From Takakia lepidozioides (Eukaryota; Plantae; Bryophyta), in NCBI GenBank assembly GCA_030704615.1, contig JAKLZA010000010.1, forward strand, positions 1 through 64,000: DNA of 64,000 nt, given 5' to 3'. Both the position numbers and the translations under genes were made by a program. Position 1 is the first letter of the stretch; every line of letters begins with the position of its first letter. The notes below the pieces were generated by a model. It worked only from the letters and a program-made list of their open reading frames with translations, had not been told where the DNA came from and did not search any database. Shown piece after piece: positions 36,969 through 50,217 of the stretch.

Positions 36969-39900
36969 ATCGCCCCCATAGCTGGTGGATAGGTCCCTCT
37001 AACTCCAGATAGCTACAAGATATAATAGCCACAGCCGTACTAAGTCCTCTATCACTATCCCTATCGTGCTCAAAATCTATCAACCAAGAGGCCAGGTACA
37101 GAAGTAGCCCATCGTTAGTCGCCGTCTTGCAATCTGTGAACTTGAGCCAAGATCTCGTGTGTTCAAGGTCTCCTGTAGCTTGGCCTTGCATTTCTTGTTA
37201 GCCTTCCATGGTTGTATCCACTCCCACTATCCAATGCAATGTGGACATAACCAATCCCCATCCGGAACCATCTCAAGAGGTGGAGTCAAGCATCCCATAT
37301 GCAACATCTAGAGCATCGATCACAACACCAGCATGTGGTGCCCCTCTAGCAGCCCACACAACATGCACCTCAAACCTAACACACAACCCGCAAACCTGCA
37401 GATACCACTGCCAGGTTTGGTCAATCCTGCCATCAACATCGGAAGGTGACATGGCGCACAATTACGCACATGGTCCTTCCAAGTTATGCCATCCCGACCC
37501 TCCAAGACCAAGACGCCTGAGGGCAAGACCTCTCGAACCCTCAAAATAACACATCCTGCAGTCACATCCAAAGTCGTAGGAGCAGTCTGCTGTAGATAGA
37601 CATAGTCACCAGGGTGAATCTCCGAACCCCAGGACGATAGCCCCCACCACGTATGGTCGCATACCTCAACGTATCACGGTGTTGTGCAATGGCAAGGTTC
37701 TCGAAAGCCATGGGCACGACTTTCTTGAACAACTCTGCACGCTGCTCACATGCACGTGCCCACACGTCCGGATCGTCAAGGTTAAGAACTATAGCAGCTT
37801 CTCTGCGAATGGATGTAGGCAAATCCGGCTCTCGGCCAAAGAGAAGAAAGTATGGTGAGAAGGAGGCAAGTGATGCTTGCTTGCTGAACCTGTAGCCCAT
37901 GGCTAACCAGGGTAACTGAAGGTCCCAATCTCCTAGGTGTCCCTTCTGCAAGCCATACTGCGCAAACCCCCTTTTACTGTCTGAACAACTCTCTCTGCCG
38001 AGCCATCGGCCTCAGGATGATCCCGAGAAGTGGTGCGGTGGTCTATCAAGGCCTTATCACACAAAGCCTGAAACTCCCCCAAGAACTCTCTGTCCGTGAG
38101 TACCTCAGCTGGAGCACCAAATCGGCTAAGCACCAATCCAAGAGATGCATACGCAGCTCCTCACTAGCCTTATCAGGCAATGGAACCAATTCAATCCACT
38201 TGGAGAAGTGCTCCACCATCACCAACACGTACTTGTTGTGGTGCATGGTCAGTGGCAACGGCCCTGCGAAGTCAAGACTCCACCTGTAGCCCAATCCCAT
38301 GATCGGAAGAGGGTGCAATTGTGGAGTAGGGCCGTTGAATGAAGCACGCACCCTGTCACACACCATGCACCTAGCCACAAATTGTTGCACCTCTGTGTGC
38401 ATACCACGCCACCAATACTGCCCCTGCAGTAGACTATGAGTGCGTCGCACCCAAAATGCCCCAACTCCCATGGGCATGCCGCACTAACCGTGCCCGCTGT
38501 GTGGGTGAGGCACAATCCTCACTCGACCATCCTCCCACACTCGGAGCAGGTGTGTCCCCTCCCACTTGAACCTCTTGGCTCGTTGTAGGATCCGATCCCT
38601 CTCCTGGCAGTCACAGTGACTGCCGTGTCTCCAGTGCGGAGGTAGTCCAACACAACTGAATCCTCATGTATATCTTTGGCGCCACCTTGCTCATTGCTGG
38701 CCTCAGGGTCCTCAGACACTTGATCTACAGTCATCCCTGTCGAAGGTCCAACCTGGCCTTCCGTTGCCAAGATACACAGAAATGTAGATGCATGCCATCC
38801 GGGCACCATCTCCTCGTCCGTCTCACACATGCCACCGAGCTCCAGTGTCATCCTGTTGGCTCGTGCATGGATTGCGACTCAACCCATCTGCATTGCGATT
38901 GACCAAACCCGGTCGATGCACCACCTGAAAGTCATACTCTTGAAGGATGAGTGCCCACCGTGCAAGCTTCCCCGTAAGCTTGTCTGACTCCATCAACCCA
39001 TTGAGTGGTTGGTGATCCGTAACAAGGGTGAAGAGATTGCCGTATAGATAGCACCTGAAGTGTGCCACGGCCCACACTGCAGCTAAGCATTCTCCCTCAT
39101 ATGAGCTATACTTAGACTCTGCAGCGTTGTTCGAGCGGCTAGCATAAGCCACTACGAACTCTCTTCCCTCATCATCCACCTGTGTGAGCACCGCTCCAAG
39201 CCCCAGCATGCTCCAATCTGTATGCAGCTGAAAAGGACACCCCCTGATAGGTCGTCTCAAGATGGGCGCCGAGGTCAACCTGCCTTGAGCTCTTGAAAAA
39301 GCTTGTTCTTGCTTATCTTCCCACTGCCACTCCTGGTCCACCTTGGTCAGCTTGGTTAGAGTCTTGCAATGGCACTAAATCCCTTAAAAAACCGTCTGTA
39401 ATAGTTTGCTAACCCCATGAAAGCTCAAACTGGCTCACATCCGTGGGGCGTGGAACCTGTGCAATGGACTCTACCTTAGTCTGCTGTACCCCCAATCCTC
39501 CAGGATATATCATGTGACCCAGATACTCAATCTGGTTGTGGAAAAACTTGCACTTGCCCGGATGTAACTTCAATCCGTGCGTCCTCAAGCGCTCAAATAC
39601 CCCCTGAAGGTGTCTCTCATGCTCCTCCACCGTAGCACTAAAGATGATGATGTCATCTATATAGCACCGAGCAAACTCCACCCCTGCTATAGAATCCTGT
39701 CCATGACTCTTTGAAACTCAGCGGGAGGGTTTTTAAGCCCAAATGGTAAGAACCGCCACTGGTATAGGCAATCCTCCCGTGCTCATTGATCCCCCAGAAT
39801 GCCGTCTTTTGCTTATCTGCCTCTTTGATCGGCAACTGGCAATATCCGGATCGTAAATCCAGAGTGCTAAAGACCTTGGCATGCCCAATGGCATCAAAGA

Positions 39901-42000
39901 TCTCCTCTGGTGTGGGCATGGCATACCTATCGGACTTGGTCTGACGATTTACAGGCCGGTAATCACCGCACATACGTCTCTCCGTCCAATTGCCATAGAC
40001 ATCCTTCTTGGCTGGCATCACTGTGGCTGAAGCATACTCTCCACCAGAGAGCTCCACCAAACCTGCCTCCAGAGATCTTGAGTCCTCATCTGAATCAAAG
40101 ACCTCTCCATGTCACTGTATCTATAGGGTCTCCGAAAGATTGGCGTGTCAGTGGCCAACTCAATACGGATCTCTTGACCCTTCAGTGCTCCCAAGTCCTT
40201 CAAACTGAAGGCAAAGCAATTCTTGTAAGCCCTCAGGAACCGCCGCATACGTCATCTCTCTCCTCCGGTGACAATGGGTCCAATGTCAGGCTCCCAATTG
40301 TCCTCCGTAACTGCAACCTTAAGTCCAGTGGGCTTAGAGGTAGAGGACGCGTCCCATGGTTGCTATGCTGCAATTTCTTGAGCAGTACTCCCTTCCTGCT
40401 CAGTCAATGACAAGGCCTCATCCTGCCCCATCATCTCATCATTGAGAACCTCCTCAACCCGAGAAGAATCCCCAACCTTATCCATCACAGCTGCCTTGGC
40501 TGCCAACTCCCTCTGAACCTCGAGCCACCTCCCACGTGTGCCATGGATGTCTACACCCTGTGGTCCTCACGGCTCGCCCCCACTCGCTGCCTGTACCGTC
40601 TCGGTAGGCAGAGAGACCATGAAGGGGAGTGCACTCCGCACTCTACGTTGCTCAGCCATAGCCAAGCTGATAATCCAGGTCAAGCAATTGAGATCCATTG
40701 CTTGCCCCAACACTTGACGCCGTGATGCCGTGATGCCTCAGAAAGAGAAGGCACCGCCGTGCGTGTCCCAGTGGAAAACCCCATAGCCCGCTCTCGCTCG
40801 TCGGCATTAGGCTCCACTAACTGCTGCAACTGAGCATCCCACAGGAGGCCAGGTCCACCATCCCGAAAAGCATGGGATCCTGGAAGCTGAGCAGTGTAGG
40901 TAATGCTGCTCGTGGTTGACCCACCCTGTTTACCACTGCCAAAGGCGAACGGTCATCGTGTCTCACACGTTGAGACTGCCTCCCTGTGTCCAAAATGCCA
41001 TCACGGTGAGGTGAGGTGTGCTGGCCGCTGCACCCCATCAAATGCACGCTTGAGTAGTGCGGGTGGCATCAAGTTAGTCCACCAAAGCCGTGGACGATGA
41101 GCCCGTGACCCCACGCAGCTGCATCCAGCAACACTGCTGACCCAACCCACGACCGGACTTGATGCACACTGGCCATCACCCTGGCCCAAGAATCACCCAT
41201 CAGTGGCACATTCTCCAAGATGTATGCTGGGAGATATAGCTTGATGAAGCTTGCTGCAAGTAGCGCAAAATCCGCACCATCTCCCAAAATAGACCCGTCC
41301 TCGAGTCTCGCAATCCATTGCCATGCCCGGTTGATGAATGCCCTTGGCAGGGCCAACCTGCCACTACCAGATCAATGGAGCCAACCTGCTCCAAATCCTG
41401 CCCCCCAGCAAGGAAATGTCTGCTGGCAAGGCTTATTGGTATCCACGAACTGCAGACACTGGCAACAAGTCAGGGTTATTGCTGTACCAACTGAGCAACA
41501 TGGCGCAGTGAGACGCGTCGTGCAGTCTCATCCCTCTCCACATACAGGTAACGTCGAACTGTATACACCTGCCTCACAGCACTGCAGCCAATCTAGTGCT
41601 GATCCCGCCAAACAAGTCCAGAAGGCATATGCCTTCATCCGGGCACTGCCGAAAGCTTCTACCCAAGCTTGTTGCACCCGTCCATCAGCAGCCTGCTGCA
41701 AATCCTTGCTCGTACCCCACAATGGAGTGTGAGCAACCATGGCAGGCAACTCCGCCATACCATGCAAGTCATCCTCGCTCTGCTGGAGGTGGCAATCCTT
41801 TGCATGGGCATTGCCTCAGCAACTCTCCAGGCCAACTAACTGCAGCTGTAAAGGCGGCTAGTGTTGGCATCTTGCCCCGCTGGGCAGCCGCTATACCCCC
41901 CAATGAATGTCACAGGGAGCTGTGCACGGCGACCATCGCCTGACTGCCATCCAGGCCTGTAGGATGCTGACTCCTCCCAAAAGTCCAGGGTGAAGCCTAT
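36444..42000 (-). mobile_element. Family A copy A2 (PR end-DNMT-RT-RH-INT-PHD), many 1-bp indels, cut by assembly gap
   Basis: SIDLVVAGWPCQG (~41341-41380), YILENVP, AHRPRLWWTN, CYIDDII, WSLDFAGP, PHD remnants ~37230-37370; colinear with ~6580-11682. Confidence 0.92.
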
Positions 42001-42500
42001 NNNNNNNNNNNNNNNNNNNNNNNNNNNNNNNNNNNNNNNNNNNNNNNNNNNNNNNNNNNNNNNNNNNNNNNNNNNNNNNNNNNNNNNNNNNNNNNNNNNN
42101 NNNNNNNNNNNNNNNNNNNNNNNNNNNNNNNNNNNNNNNNNNNNNNNNNNNNNNNNNNNNNNNNNNNNNNNNNNNNNNNNNNNNNNNNNNNNNNNNNNNN
42201 NNNNNNNNNNNNNNNNNNNNNNNNNNNNNNNNNNNNNNNNNNNNNNNNNNNNNNNNNNNNNNNNNNNNNNNNNNNNNNNNNNNNNNNNNNNNNNNNNNNN
42301 NNNNNNNNNNNNNNNNNNNNNNNNNNNNNNNNNNNNNNNNNNNNNNNNNNNNNNNNNNNNNNNNNNNNNNNNNNNNNNNNNNNNNNNNNNNNNNNNNNNN
42401 NNNNNNNNNNNNNNNNNNNNNNNNNNNNNNNNNNNNNNNNNNNNNNNNNNNNNNNNNNNNNNNNNNNNNNNNNNNNNNNNNNNNNNNNNNNNNNNNNNNN
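42001..42500. other. Assembly gap (500 N)
   Basis: N run. Confidence 1.
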
Positions 42501-42959
42501 AGCCCGATCGCATGGAGCTCTCACTAGTGGCTGGGTTGCCTGAGTGGCCTGCTGCTCGGAGATGGCAATCTCCTCCTGTAGACGCATCTTCTTCCTCCCC
42601 TTCGGCATTGGCCTACGTCCGAAGTATAATTTTCGGAGCTTGCGACGAGGTCTCCTGTCTAGTGCACGAACTCCCCCCCTCTCAAGTTCGAGCATAAGAA
42701 GAACAGAGACAGGGAAAAGGGGCAAAGAGTGCAGATGGAAAGGGCGCGAGAGGGGTGACTGAGAAGACACGACAAAAGTAGATGAAACGGCGGTGATGCA
42801 CCACTTGGGTTCGAAAGGGTTCGACGAAAGTGTCTCCTCGTGGACTTTGCGTCATTACGAAATTCGAATCGTTCAGGGTACGCCTGCCGTCCGAAAAACA
42901 AACATCATTATCCAACGGTCAGGCCGCGCCGCCTCATGCCACTTCTGTCAGATAGAGTG

Positions 42960-44635
42960 CCGACATGTGCCGCAATTCCGTTGCTCCACGTGTTCACATT
43001 TCAAGGCATTTCCGTCCCAGCGTCTGATGAGTTGGAGTGAAAATGCGAATGCGGCGCCGCATTTCCGTTAAGTACCATCACGAAGCTACACATCCGTACT
43101 TGTTGGAAGAAAATGCGGCACCGCATTTCCGTTCCACCTTCACATACCTTAGTTGTTGAACGGAAATACGGTGCCGCATTTCTGTCCCACAGCTCCATGT
43201 ATGAGATACAAAAGTGAAATGCGGCGCCGCATTTCCGTTCAGGAATGTGGAAAGGTGCGATTCGGACGGAAATGAGGCACAACATTTCAGTTCCCGTGGT
43301 TCATGATTTTCAATGTGAACGGAAATGCAGTACCGCATTTCCGTTCCCCCTTCACATACCTTAGTTGATGAACGGAAATGCCATGCCACATTTCCGTTCG
43401 GGAAAGTATAGAGGTCTCACCTGAACAGAAATGCGGTGCCACATTTCCGGTCTAGAAAGTTTGAAGGTCTCACATGGATGGAAATGCGACACCACATTTC
43501 CGTCCCACAGCTCCAGGCCTCATATACAAAACGGAAATGCGGCGCCGCATTTCCGATCTAGAATGTCGGAAGGTGCGACTCGGACGGAAATGCGGTGCCG
43601 CATTTCTGTTCCCGTTGTTCACGATTTTCAGTCAGAACGGAAATGCGGTACCGCATTTCCGTTCTGTAGAGTATTAAGGTCTGACCCTGGCGGAAATGTT
43701 GTGCCGCATTTTCGTTCCACATCTCCATGCCTCACATACAAAACGGAAATGCGGCGCCGCATTTCCGTTTTGGAATGTCGGAAGGTGCGACTCCGACGGA
43801 AATGCGGTACCGCATTTCAGTTCCGATGTTTCACGATTTTTCATCAGAACGGAAATGCGGTGCCGCATTTGCGTTCTGGAATGTTGGGAGGTTTGACTCG
43901 GATGGAAATGCGCTACCGCATTTCAGTTCCGATGGTTCACGATAGTATGAATGTCTCAAGTGGTCGGAATTGCGCTGTCTCAAGCGGTCGGAATTGCACT
44001 TGGCTCCATGCAGCAGATACAAAATGGAAATTCGTCGCCGCATTTCCGTTCTGGAATGTCGGAAAGTGCGACTCCGACAGAAATGCGGTGCCGCATTTCT
44101 GTTCCCGTTGTTCATAATTCTCAATCAGAACGGAAATGCGGTACCGCATTTCCTTTCCACCTTCACATACCGTGCTTGTTGGATGGAAATGCGTTACCGC
44201 ATTTCCGTTCAGGAGAGTATGAATGTCTTGTGAGGACGGAAATGTGGTGCAGCATTTCTATCCCTCAGCTCCATGCATCAGATACAAAATGGAAATGCGG
44301 CGCCGCATTTCCGTTCTGGAATGTCGGAAAAGTGCGACTCGGACGGAAATGCGGTGCAGCATTTCTGTTCCCGTTGTTCATAATTCTCAATCAGAATGGA
44401 AATGCGGTACCGCATTTCCGTTCCACCTTCACATACCGTGCTTGCTGGATGGAAATGCGTTACCGCATTTCCGTTCTGGAGAGTATAAAGGTTTCGCCCG
44501 GACAGAAACTCGGTGCCGCATTTCCGTCGCTCTGGTGCATGACCAAGATGCAATACGGAAATGCGGCGCCGTATTTCCGTCCAGCAGCAATCGAAAGAAT
44601 CACTGGGGACGGGAAATCTGGAACCTCATTTCCGC
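42960..44635. repeat. Array of palindromes CGGAAATGCGG(CG/TA/TG)CCGCATTTCCG upstream of the second transposase
   Basis: Dozens of copies at ~50-65 bp spacing. Confidence 0.9.
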
Positions 44636-45015
44636 ATGCTGAACCTGAATGGGTTGCATTGTTCCGAAACAACACAATTGCGGCCAGTCTTGATGAGCAC
44701 AACTTGGTTGTCTGACCGTTTTAACTAACAGTACTGGCACTTGTCAGTGCGAACGTTCCTGTCTGCACCGAGAATACTGCTGGATCCACCCTCAGGAGAA
44801 ACTGTCAGGAGATGTTATTTCGTCGCCGAATCGGCCATCATTGTCATACTTACTGGCTATGGAATCAAACCTCCCACCTTCATGCATGTAGCTTGAAACA
44901 ATACTTTCCACTTCAATGTGCGACTTCCAATCGTCGATGGACTCCGCATGGTGCCTGTGAGCCTTGGTCTGTCGCTATACTGAACCTCGCACTTGCCAAC
45001 TTCGTGCGGTGTTCG

Positions 45016-48000
45016 ATGGCTCCGAATTCCTACGCTATAGTTTGCTGTCCTCCGCAACTTGGAAGAGCCTGGATCCCAAACGAGAGAGGACGTTGCAGAG
45101 TGACTGAAACTTACCTTTGCTCCAAATTCAAGCTCAAACCGGGCACAATTTATTTGGAAGAAGAAAGGAAGGATGTTCCTGGACACGTTGACGAGACCAT
45201 TGTCGTGCTAGGTAACGACGGAGGTTGCGGAATCGAATGGCACGTACCCCCATCAGACACCATCCTGTACCGAGCTGTGGGAATGCCCATTCCCTTTCCG
45301 AATCAGTCGCTGCCCACACCATCCACAAAGGAGTCCGGAAACCGACAGGCGGCCACTGCCAACAGAGAGGTATGCAACGATAATCATTCCCGACCTGGAC
45401 CGTCAAGACCCTCCATAGCTTCTCGTGTGGACGTATTCGACATTTCCGACGAGGAAGATGATTGCATTGAGGTACCCATGCCCACACGGTCGTTCAAATC
45501 CGGCATGGACGTCTCTGTAGGTGCTACGCATGTGCCCTCGAGCATAACTCCAACCCGGTCCATTGTGCAGCTCCTACGACAACATCACCTCGATGGTTCT
45601 CGCTCCGAGCTGGCTGCTCTCGACTATGCCAAATTCCCAGTCAGAAAGGTAACGTTTCTGCCTCCCGAAGTCGATGGCAATGTCATCTTTGAGTTTCCAC
45701 CTGTTTCTTCGTCAAACAAAGCCTCCGGGATGTTAACAGACATGGATCGAAAGCATGACGGACACCCCTGGTGTGTGACGAAGACCAGTAGCACGAAAAT
45801 TGCTGATGGTGTTCGTGTACGATATGTCCTCTGTGCGGGGAAGCTGAGGTGCCTCAATCCCACCTGCTTCCACTTTCTCTCCAAAGGAGGGCGGAGAAAC
45901 GAGACGGATTGGACTGGCACAACGCATCATCCATTCATTGTCTCCAGCCAAGCTCCTGCGGGTTCTTTCAAGTGTGCACATTGCAAAGAACCACCGACGT
46001 GCATGTCCATGTGCAGAGCCAAGCAATATTACGTAATCCATTTGCTCCCGGACTTGACTAGAGCTTGCATACACGTTGGGGTCCACTGCCACCCCTTGGC
46101 GAGAGGCAACATGCGTGAGGCTGTGCAGGAAGCACACGACATCATAAAAGAGGAGGTGAAATTGAGCCCCGGAGCCAGACCAAAGCAGATTCAGCTGAAG
46201 GCAGCCCACAAGATTGCTCTTGGCAAAATCATGTCTGAAGATGGTTCCGACCGAGAGCCCTTGACCGAAGACGAGATGCGTGACCTCTTGGAGTCCGTCT
46301 CGCACGTTTGTAGTCCGAATGTGCGGAATCACATCGTATCTTGCAAGCAGGAGTTCGGCAGGGGGTCGGACATGTACTCAATCCTGGAGGTGAAACGAAT
46401 GACTAGATATGACTACATCCAAGGTAGCAGGTTTCCAGGGCAAGGCAGCGAATCCGATCGTTGTTACATTTTCAAAATGTCGACGTGTGGGCCTGGGAGT
46501 GGAGTCGACTTGGTCACTCGCATGACAACTGGAAACTTGTCGAATGCTTGGGTGATGTTTGATCACATCAAGAGAATTACAAACCATCAGTGGGTGACTA
46601 TGGGTGCGCATGTTTATGACTATCACTCCAAGAGGCTCATGACGATTGCAATCTGCGAGATGAAAGGGGAGGACACACAGTCCGAGATGCATCTGTGGGA
46701 GGGCATAAACGAGCAGATGGCAAGGGCGGGATTGCCAGAGCCCAATTTCAGGGGATTCATGGCAGACAACGCTCAGGCCAACTAGGCAGCGGTGCGGCGT
46801 GTGTACGGTGAGGACCCCAATGTTCCAATGGAGGGGAAAGAGAGATCCTATGGATTCCATTGGATGCAGAGTCTATCCGACTACACTACCAAATTTGTTG
46901 CTAGCTCATTCCAGGCTGAACACCGTGTCCTTTGTACGGCGTGGAAGGATGCACCCGCATTTGATGACGCGGAGGTAAAGTTTGCTATCATCGAGGCTTG
47001 GTAGAACACGTCAGGTGCAGTGGAGACAACCAATCTGGGAGCATTGCACAGCTGGTTGGGGTGGTGGCATTTTCGGTATCGACAGTTCGGACAGTACATG
47101 CGGGAGGTAGGCTGCTGTTATTTTCGTTCATTTGTCTTTCTGTTACGGACATTTCGATTGGTCCCTCACCATTGTTTGTGTCCTTCTAGGAGCGGTGCTT
47201 GGATTCCGACACGGACATGCCGAACACGAATATGGCAGAATCGGTCCACTCCTCCTGGCGAGCGTCTTCTGCCGCACATCTGGTGGACGTAGTGACGGCC
47301 ACAACGGAGGACATCGACAGAGCAATCATGCAGCAAGCCACGTACTACAAGTTCCTGAGCGGCAAACAATGGGGCTTTGGGCCGGACAGGGAGGAATTAA
47401 TGGTACGAACAGCTTCGAGGTCCAAGAATCCAGTGAAATGGGCGACAGCATTGCGAGAGAAGATCAAAGGGACGCCTCTGCACCGCAGAGGTGAACACCT
47501 AGAGGGGGACGTCCGGACTCGCCCTGTCAGGCGGAGGATTGAAGAGGAACCCGGGTGCGAAGAGGATTCCTGGAGATCCGACAGGAACATTCGGACAGCA
47601 CCTCGAGGTCCCGTCATGTTGCCGCACAATGTGTCTTCCAGCAGTGGAAGCCCAAGAAATTCCAGATCGCCGTCGCCTTCAACCGGGGATTTCGTGCAAA
47701 AAATTCCCACCGCTCCCTTGCCCTAGATTCCGCCCGCTGTTATGCAGTATGGCCAAGCCATTGTGGAGACGACTGTGTCTGCATCACAGTGGAGAATTGC
47801 TTGCACAAAGCCGTCGTTTCGAGGAAGGTGTTCCGCAATTCGTGTGGATACACGGCAACGTTGTTTAGAGATGATAAGGAGGAATCCAGATGGGGCTGTC
47901 CCTGCTCCTACTTTTACAGGAAGATTTGTCCATGCAAAGTTTGCGGAGGCGACAACCACCCAGTTCTGGTTCTGCAGGCACGACATTATGACTTGCGTGT

Positions 48001-48620
48001 ATGGAAAGCCCAAGTACGGCATACAAACAATGCCAGAGGCTCCCCCGGTGTGGCCGGTGGAACCAGGCTGCGATCTGAGTTAGGTTGAGGCCGACGCCCT
48101 TACCGCCGCAGGATTTCGGATGGTGTAGCGCACTAACGTCCCCAGACAACCATTTCCGCTTCCACAGCCTCCACCACCGACCCCTGTGAGAGCAAGAACA
48201 ATGGGACACGACAGCTCTAAGCATCCTACACACCGTTGGGGGAAACCGAAGAGGCGGCGACCTCCCTCAAAAGTGAACGAGACAAGGATGGGGAATGCAC
48301 TTCGGATGAACTGTACAATCCAGAGCTCGACAGAAGTGCCCCCACCAGGATTCGGGCGTGTGTATCAGATGGCCACGGCGGGCTCAGCTGTTCACAATGA
48401 GGTGTACACCATCACCATTTCAGAACTACCCACCTGCAATTGCACCGACTTCCAGATCATGGCGAACAAGGGGGCATCATACTGCCCTTGCAAGCATTTG
48501 TACTACGTGTACCTAAAGAGACTCCGTTGTAATTCCACAACTCATCACTTCATACATGCACCAGGGTTGAGCCCCCAGGAGGTTCACACTCTTCTAAATA
48601 TGGATCCAGGGGACCAGTGA
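45016..48620 (+). pseudogene. MULE transposase: GCM-like domain, DDE core, SWIM zinc finger; intron 47107-47189
   Basis: Close homolog of 20977-23064; FMADNAQA, YGFHWMQ, NTNMAESVH, CNCTDF...PCKH. GT...TTCTAG phase-0 intron restores the frame. In-frame TAG stops at 46783, 47002, 47724, 48081 and 48126. Confidence 0.88.
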
Positions 48621-48709
48621 GCTTGGCTTGCGGTCCCGATACAATGGTACGCCCATCCTTTTCGGATAGTAGAACTGTACTGCTGCTAGTACCTCAGACT
48701 CTGGCCACA

Positions 48710-50055
48710 GAAAGGTCCGACATATGTCTTGCCTACCAGCTATGTGGCATTCCGTTGCCAAGTGTCATGCAGTCCCGCATTTGTGACACCATGTTGCCTT
48801 CCGTGGCCCTTCATCTTTAAAATTCTTGATAGCCTCTGCTGTCTTCTGATCCAAAGTGGTTTTGTCAATCACTTCTTTCTTCTTTTGCTTGGGCTTTTCT
48901 TCATCATCAGAGTTCTCTTCTTCCAAGGGATCGTTGGAATCTTTACTTCTGCTCTGATGAAATCCCAATTCCAATTTCTTTGCAGTTCCTACTGCTTCAG
49001 CCAAAGTGTTGTTAGGCATGACTGTAACCATGGTTACATATTCAGGACGAAGTTCGTTGATGAATCATGATTTTTGTAAGTCATCACCTGGTGCTTGAGA
49101 TAGCTTCCGGATCAGAGTCTTCATTCTCTCCAGGTAGTCGACTACCAATTCTTTCTTTTTCTGTCTCAGGTTCTGTAATCCTGTGAAGATTTCAAACGTG
49201 GATTTGTTGGATCTATATCTTTCTTGAAACGCGGCTCTCATATCCTCCCAATTTGCAAAGTAATTGGCTGGAAAGGTTGCCAACCATTCAATGCCTTATC
49301 TGGCCATTGAATAGGGAAATAATCGGATCTTTTCCTGGTCTATTGCTTCATTGTAAATGGTGCACATGTTCTCAAATTGATTAAGATGGATATCCGGATC
49401 AGATTTCCCATCATATAAAGGGAACGGCGGTCTGGTTTTGCGTGCTGCTAAAGCCATTGGTGCTGCTGGTGCAACTGTGTCCAAACTGGGATGGTCCCGC
49501 TGCTGCTGACTGTGGTGGTGTTGGGATTGTCAAGGCTAGTGGTGTTATTGGTGTTTGCCTTCCAAACAATGATTCAAAGCTAGGAGGTCCTTGTCCCAAT
49601 GATAGCCGTCTTCCAGCTGATGTCCCTACTAAGCTTAATGAATCTTTAAAAGCTTTGAGTGCAGTCCTGGTTATCCTTTCTGGAGAAGTAGTTTCACTTC
49701 TTTCACCTTCTTCACTCAGAATATTCTCAAATCTTTCTTCCAATATTTCAGCAAAGCCTCGATTTGGACTTGTTACTGTAGAAGGTCCTTCAGATCTTTC
49801 TTGTGGTAACCATTCATCAAGTGCATTACTGGCAACTCTTTCTGGAGTAGTGTTCTCACTTTCCAACGATCCGATTTCCTGGTCTTCTGGTTTATCACCG
49901 TCAATTTGTCTTGATGTCTCACTTTGAATAATATTCAAGTTTTGTAATACTAGGAACTCTTTTCTCAACCGAGCTTCCCTTTCTGCAACATATTTCTCTA
50001 TTCTTTCAGCTCTGTCTTGTTTAGCTTTGTCTTTAATTTCCTCATTCATTCCCAC
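48710..50055 (-). pseudogene. gag: Degenerate gag of a family C-like element
   Basis: TRPPFPLYDGKSDPDIHLNQFENMC, LQNLRQKKKE, WCHKCG; homologous to B gag. Confidence 0.85.
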
Positions 50056-50217
50056 ATCATATACAAAATTCCTTTTCAGTACCCTTTAATCAGTCTTGGT
50101 ATGTCAGTAAAGAAAAATTATAGTGGTTTTTACCATTTCTCCAAGATTTATCCTATCTTGCCAGAATCCGTATTACGACTTAATTTTTTTCCCTTTTTCT
50201 GATTGATCACCAATCTT

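Larger units (their letters stand above)
36206..48620 (+). mobile_element. Second MULE (left TIR at 36206; hosts A2; right end not found)
   Basis: GGGGGCTGCTATTTCA..GAGC..CATGAGC resembles the 15549 TIR; palindromic array and transposase follow the gap. Continuity across the N gap is inferred. Confidence 0.6.

Noticed and set aside
37200-42000. Dense 1-bp frameshifts in A2 as biology
   Set aside because: Could equally be low-quality consensus next to a gap; cannot be interpreted without reads.
41836-42770. ORFs spanning 42001-42500
   Set aside because: Artefacts of the N gap.
43001-44715. ORFs and CRISPR-like spacing in the second palindrome array
   Set aside because: Spacers recur in higher-order units; this is a transposon subterminal repeat.
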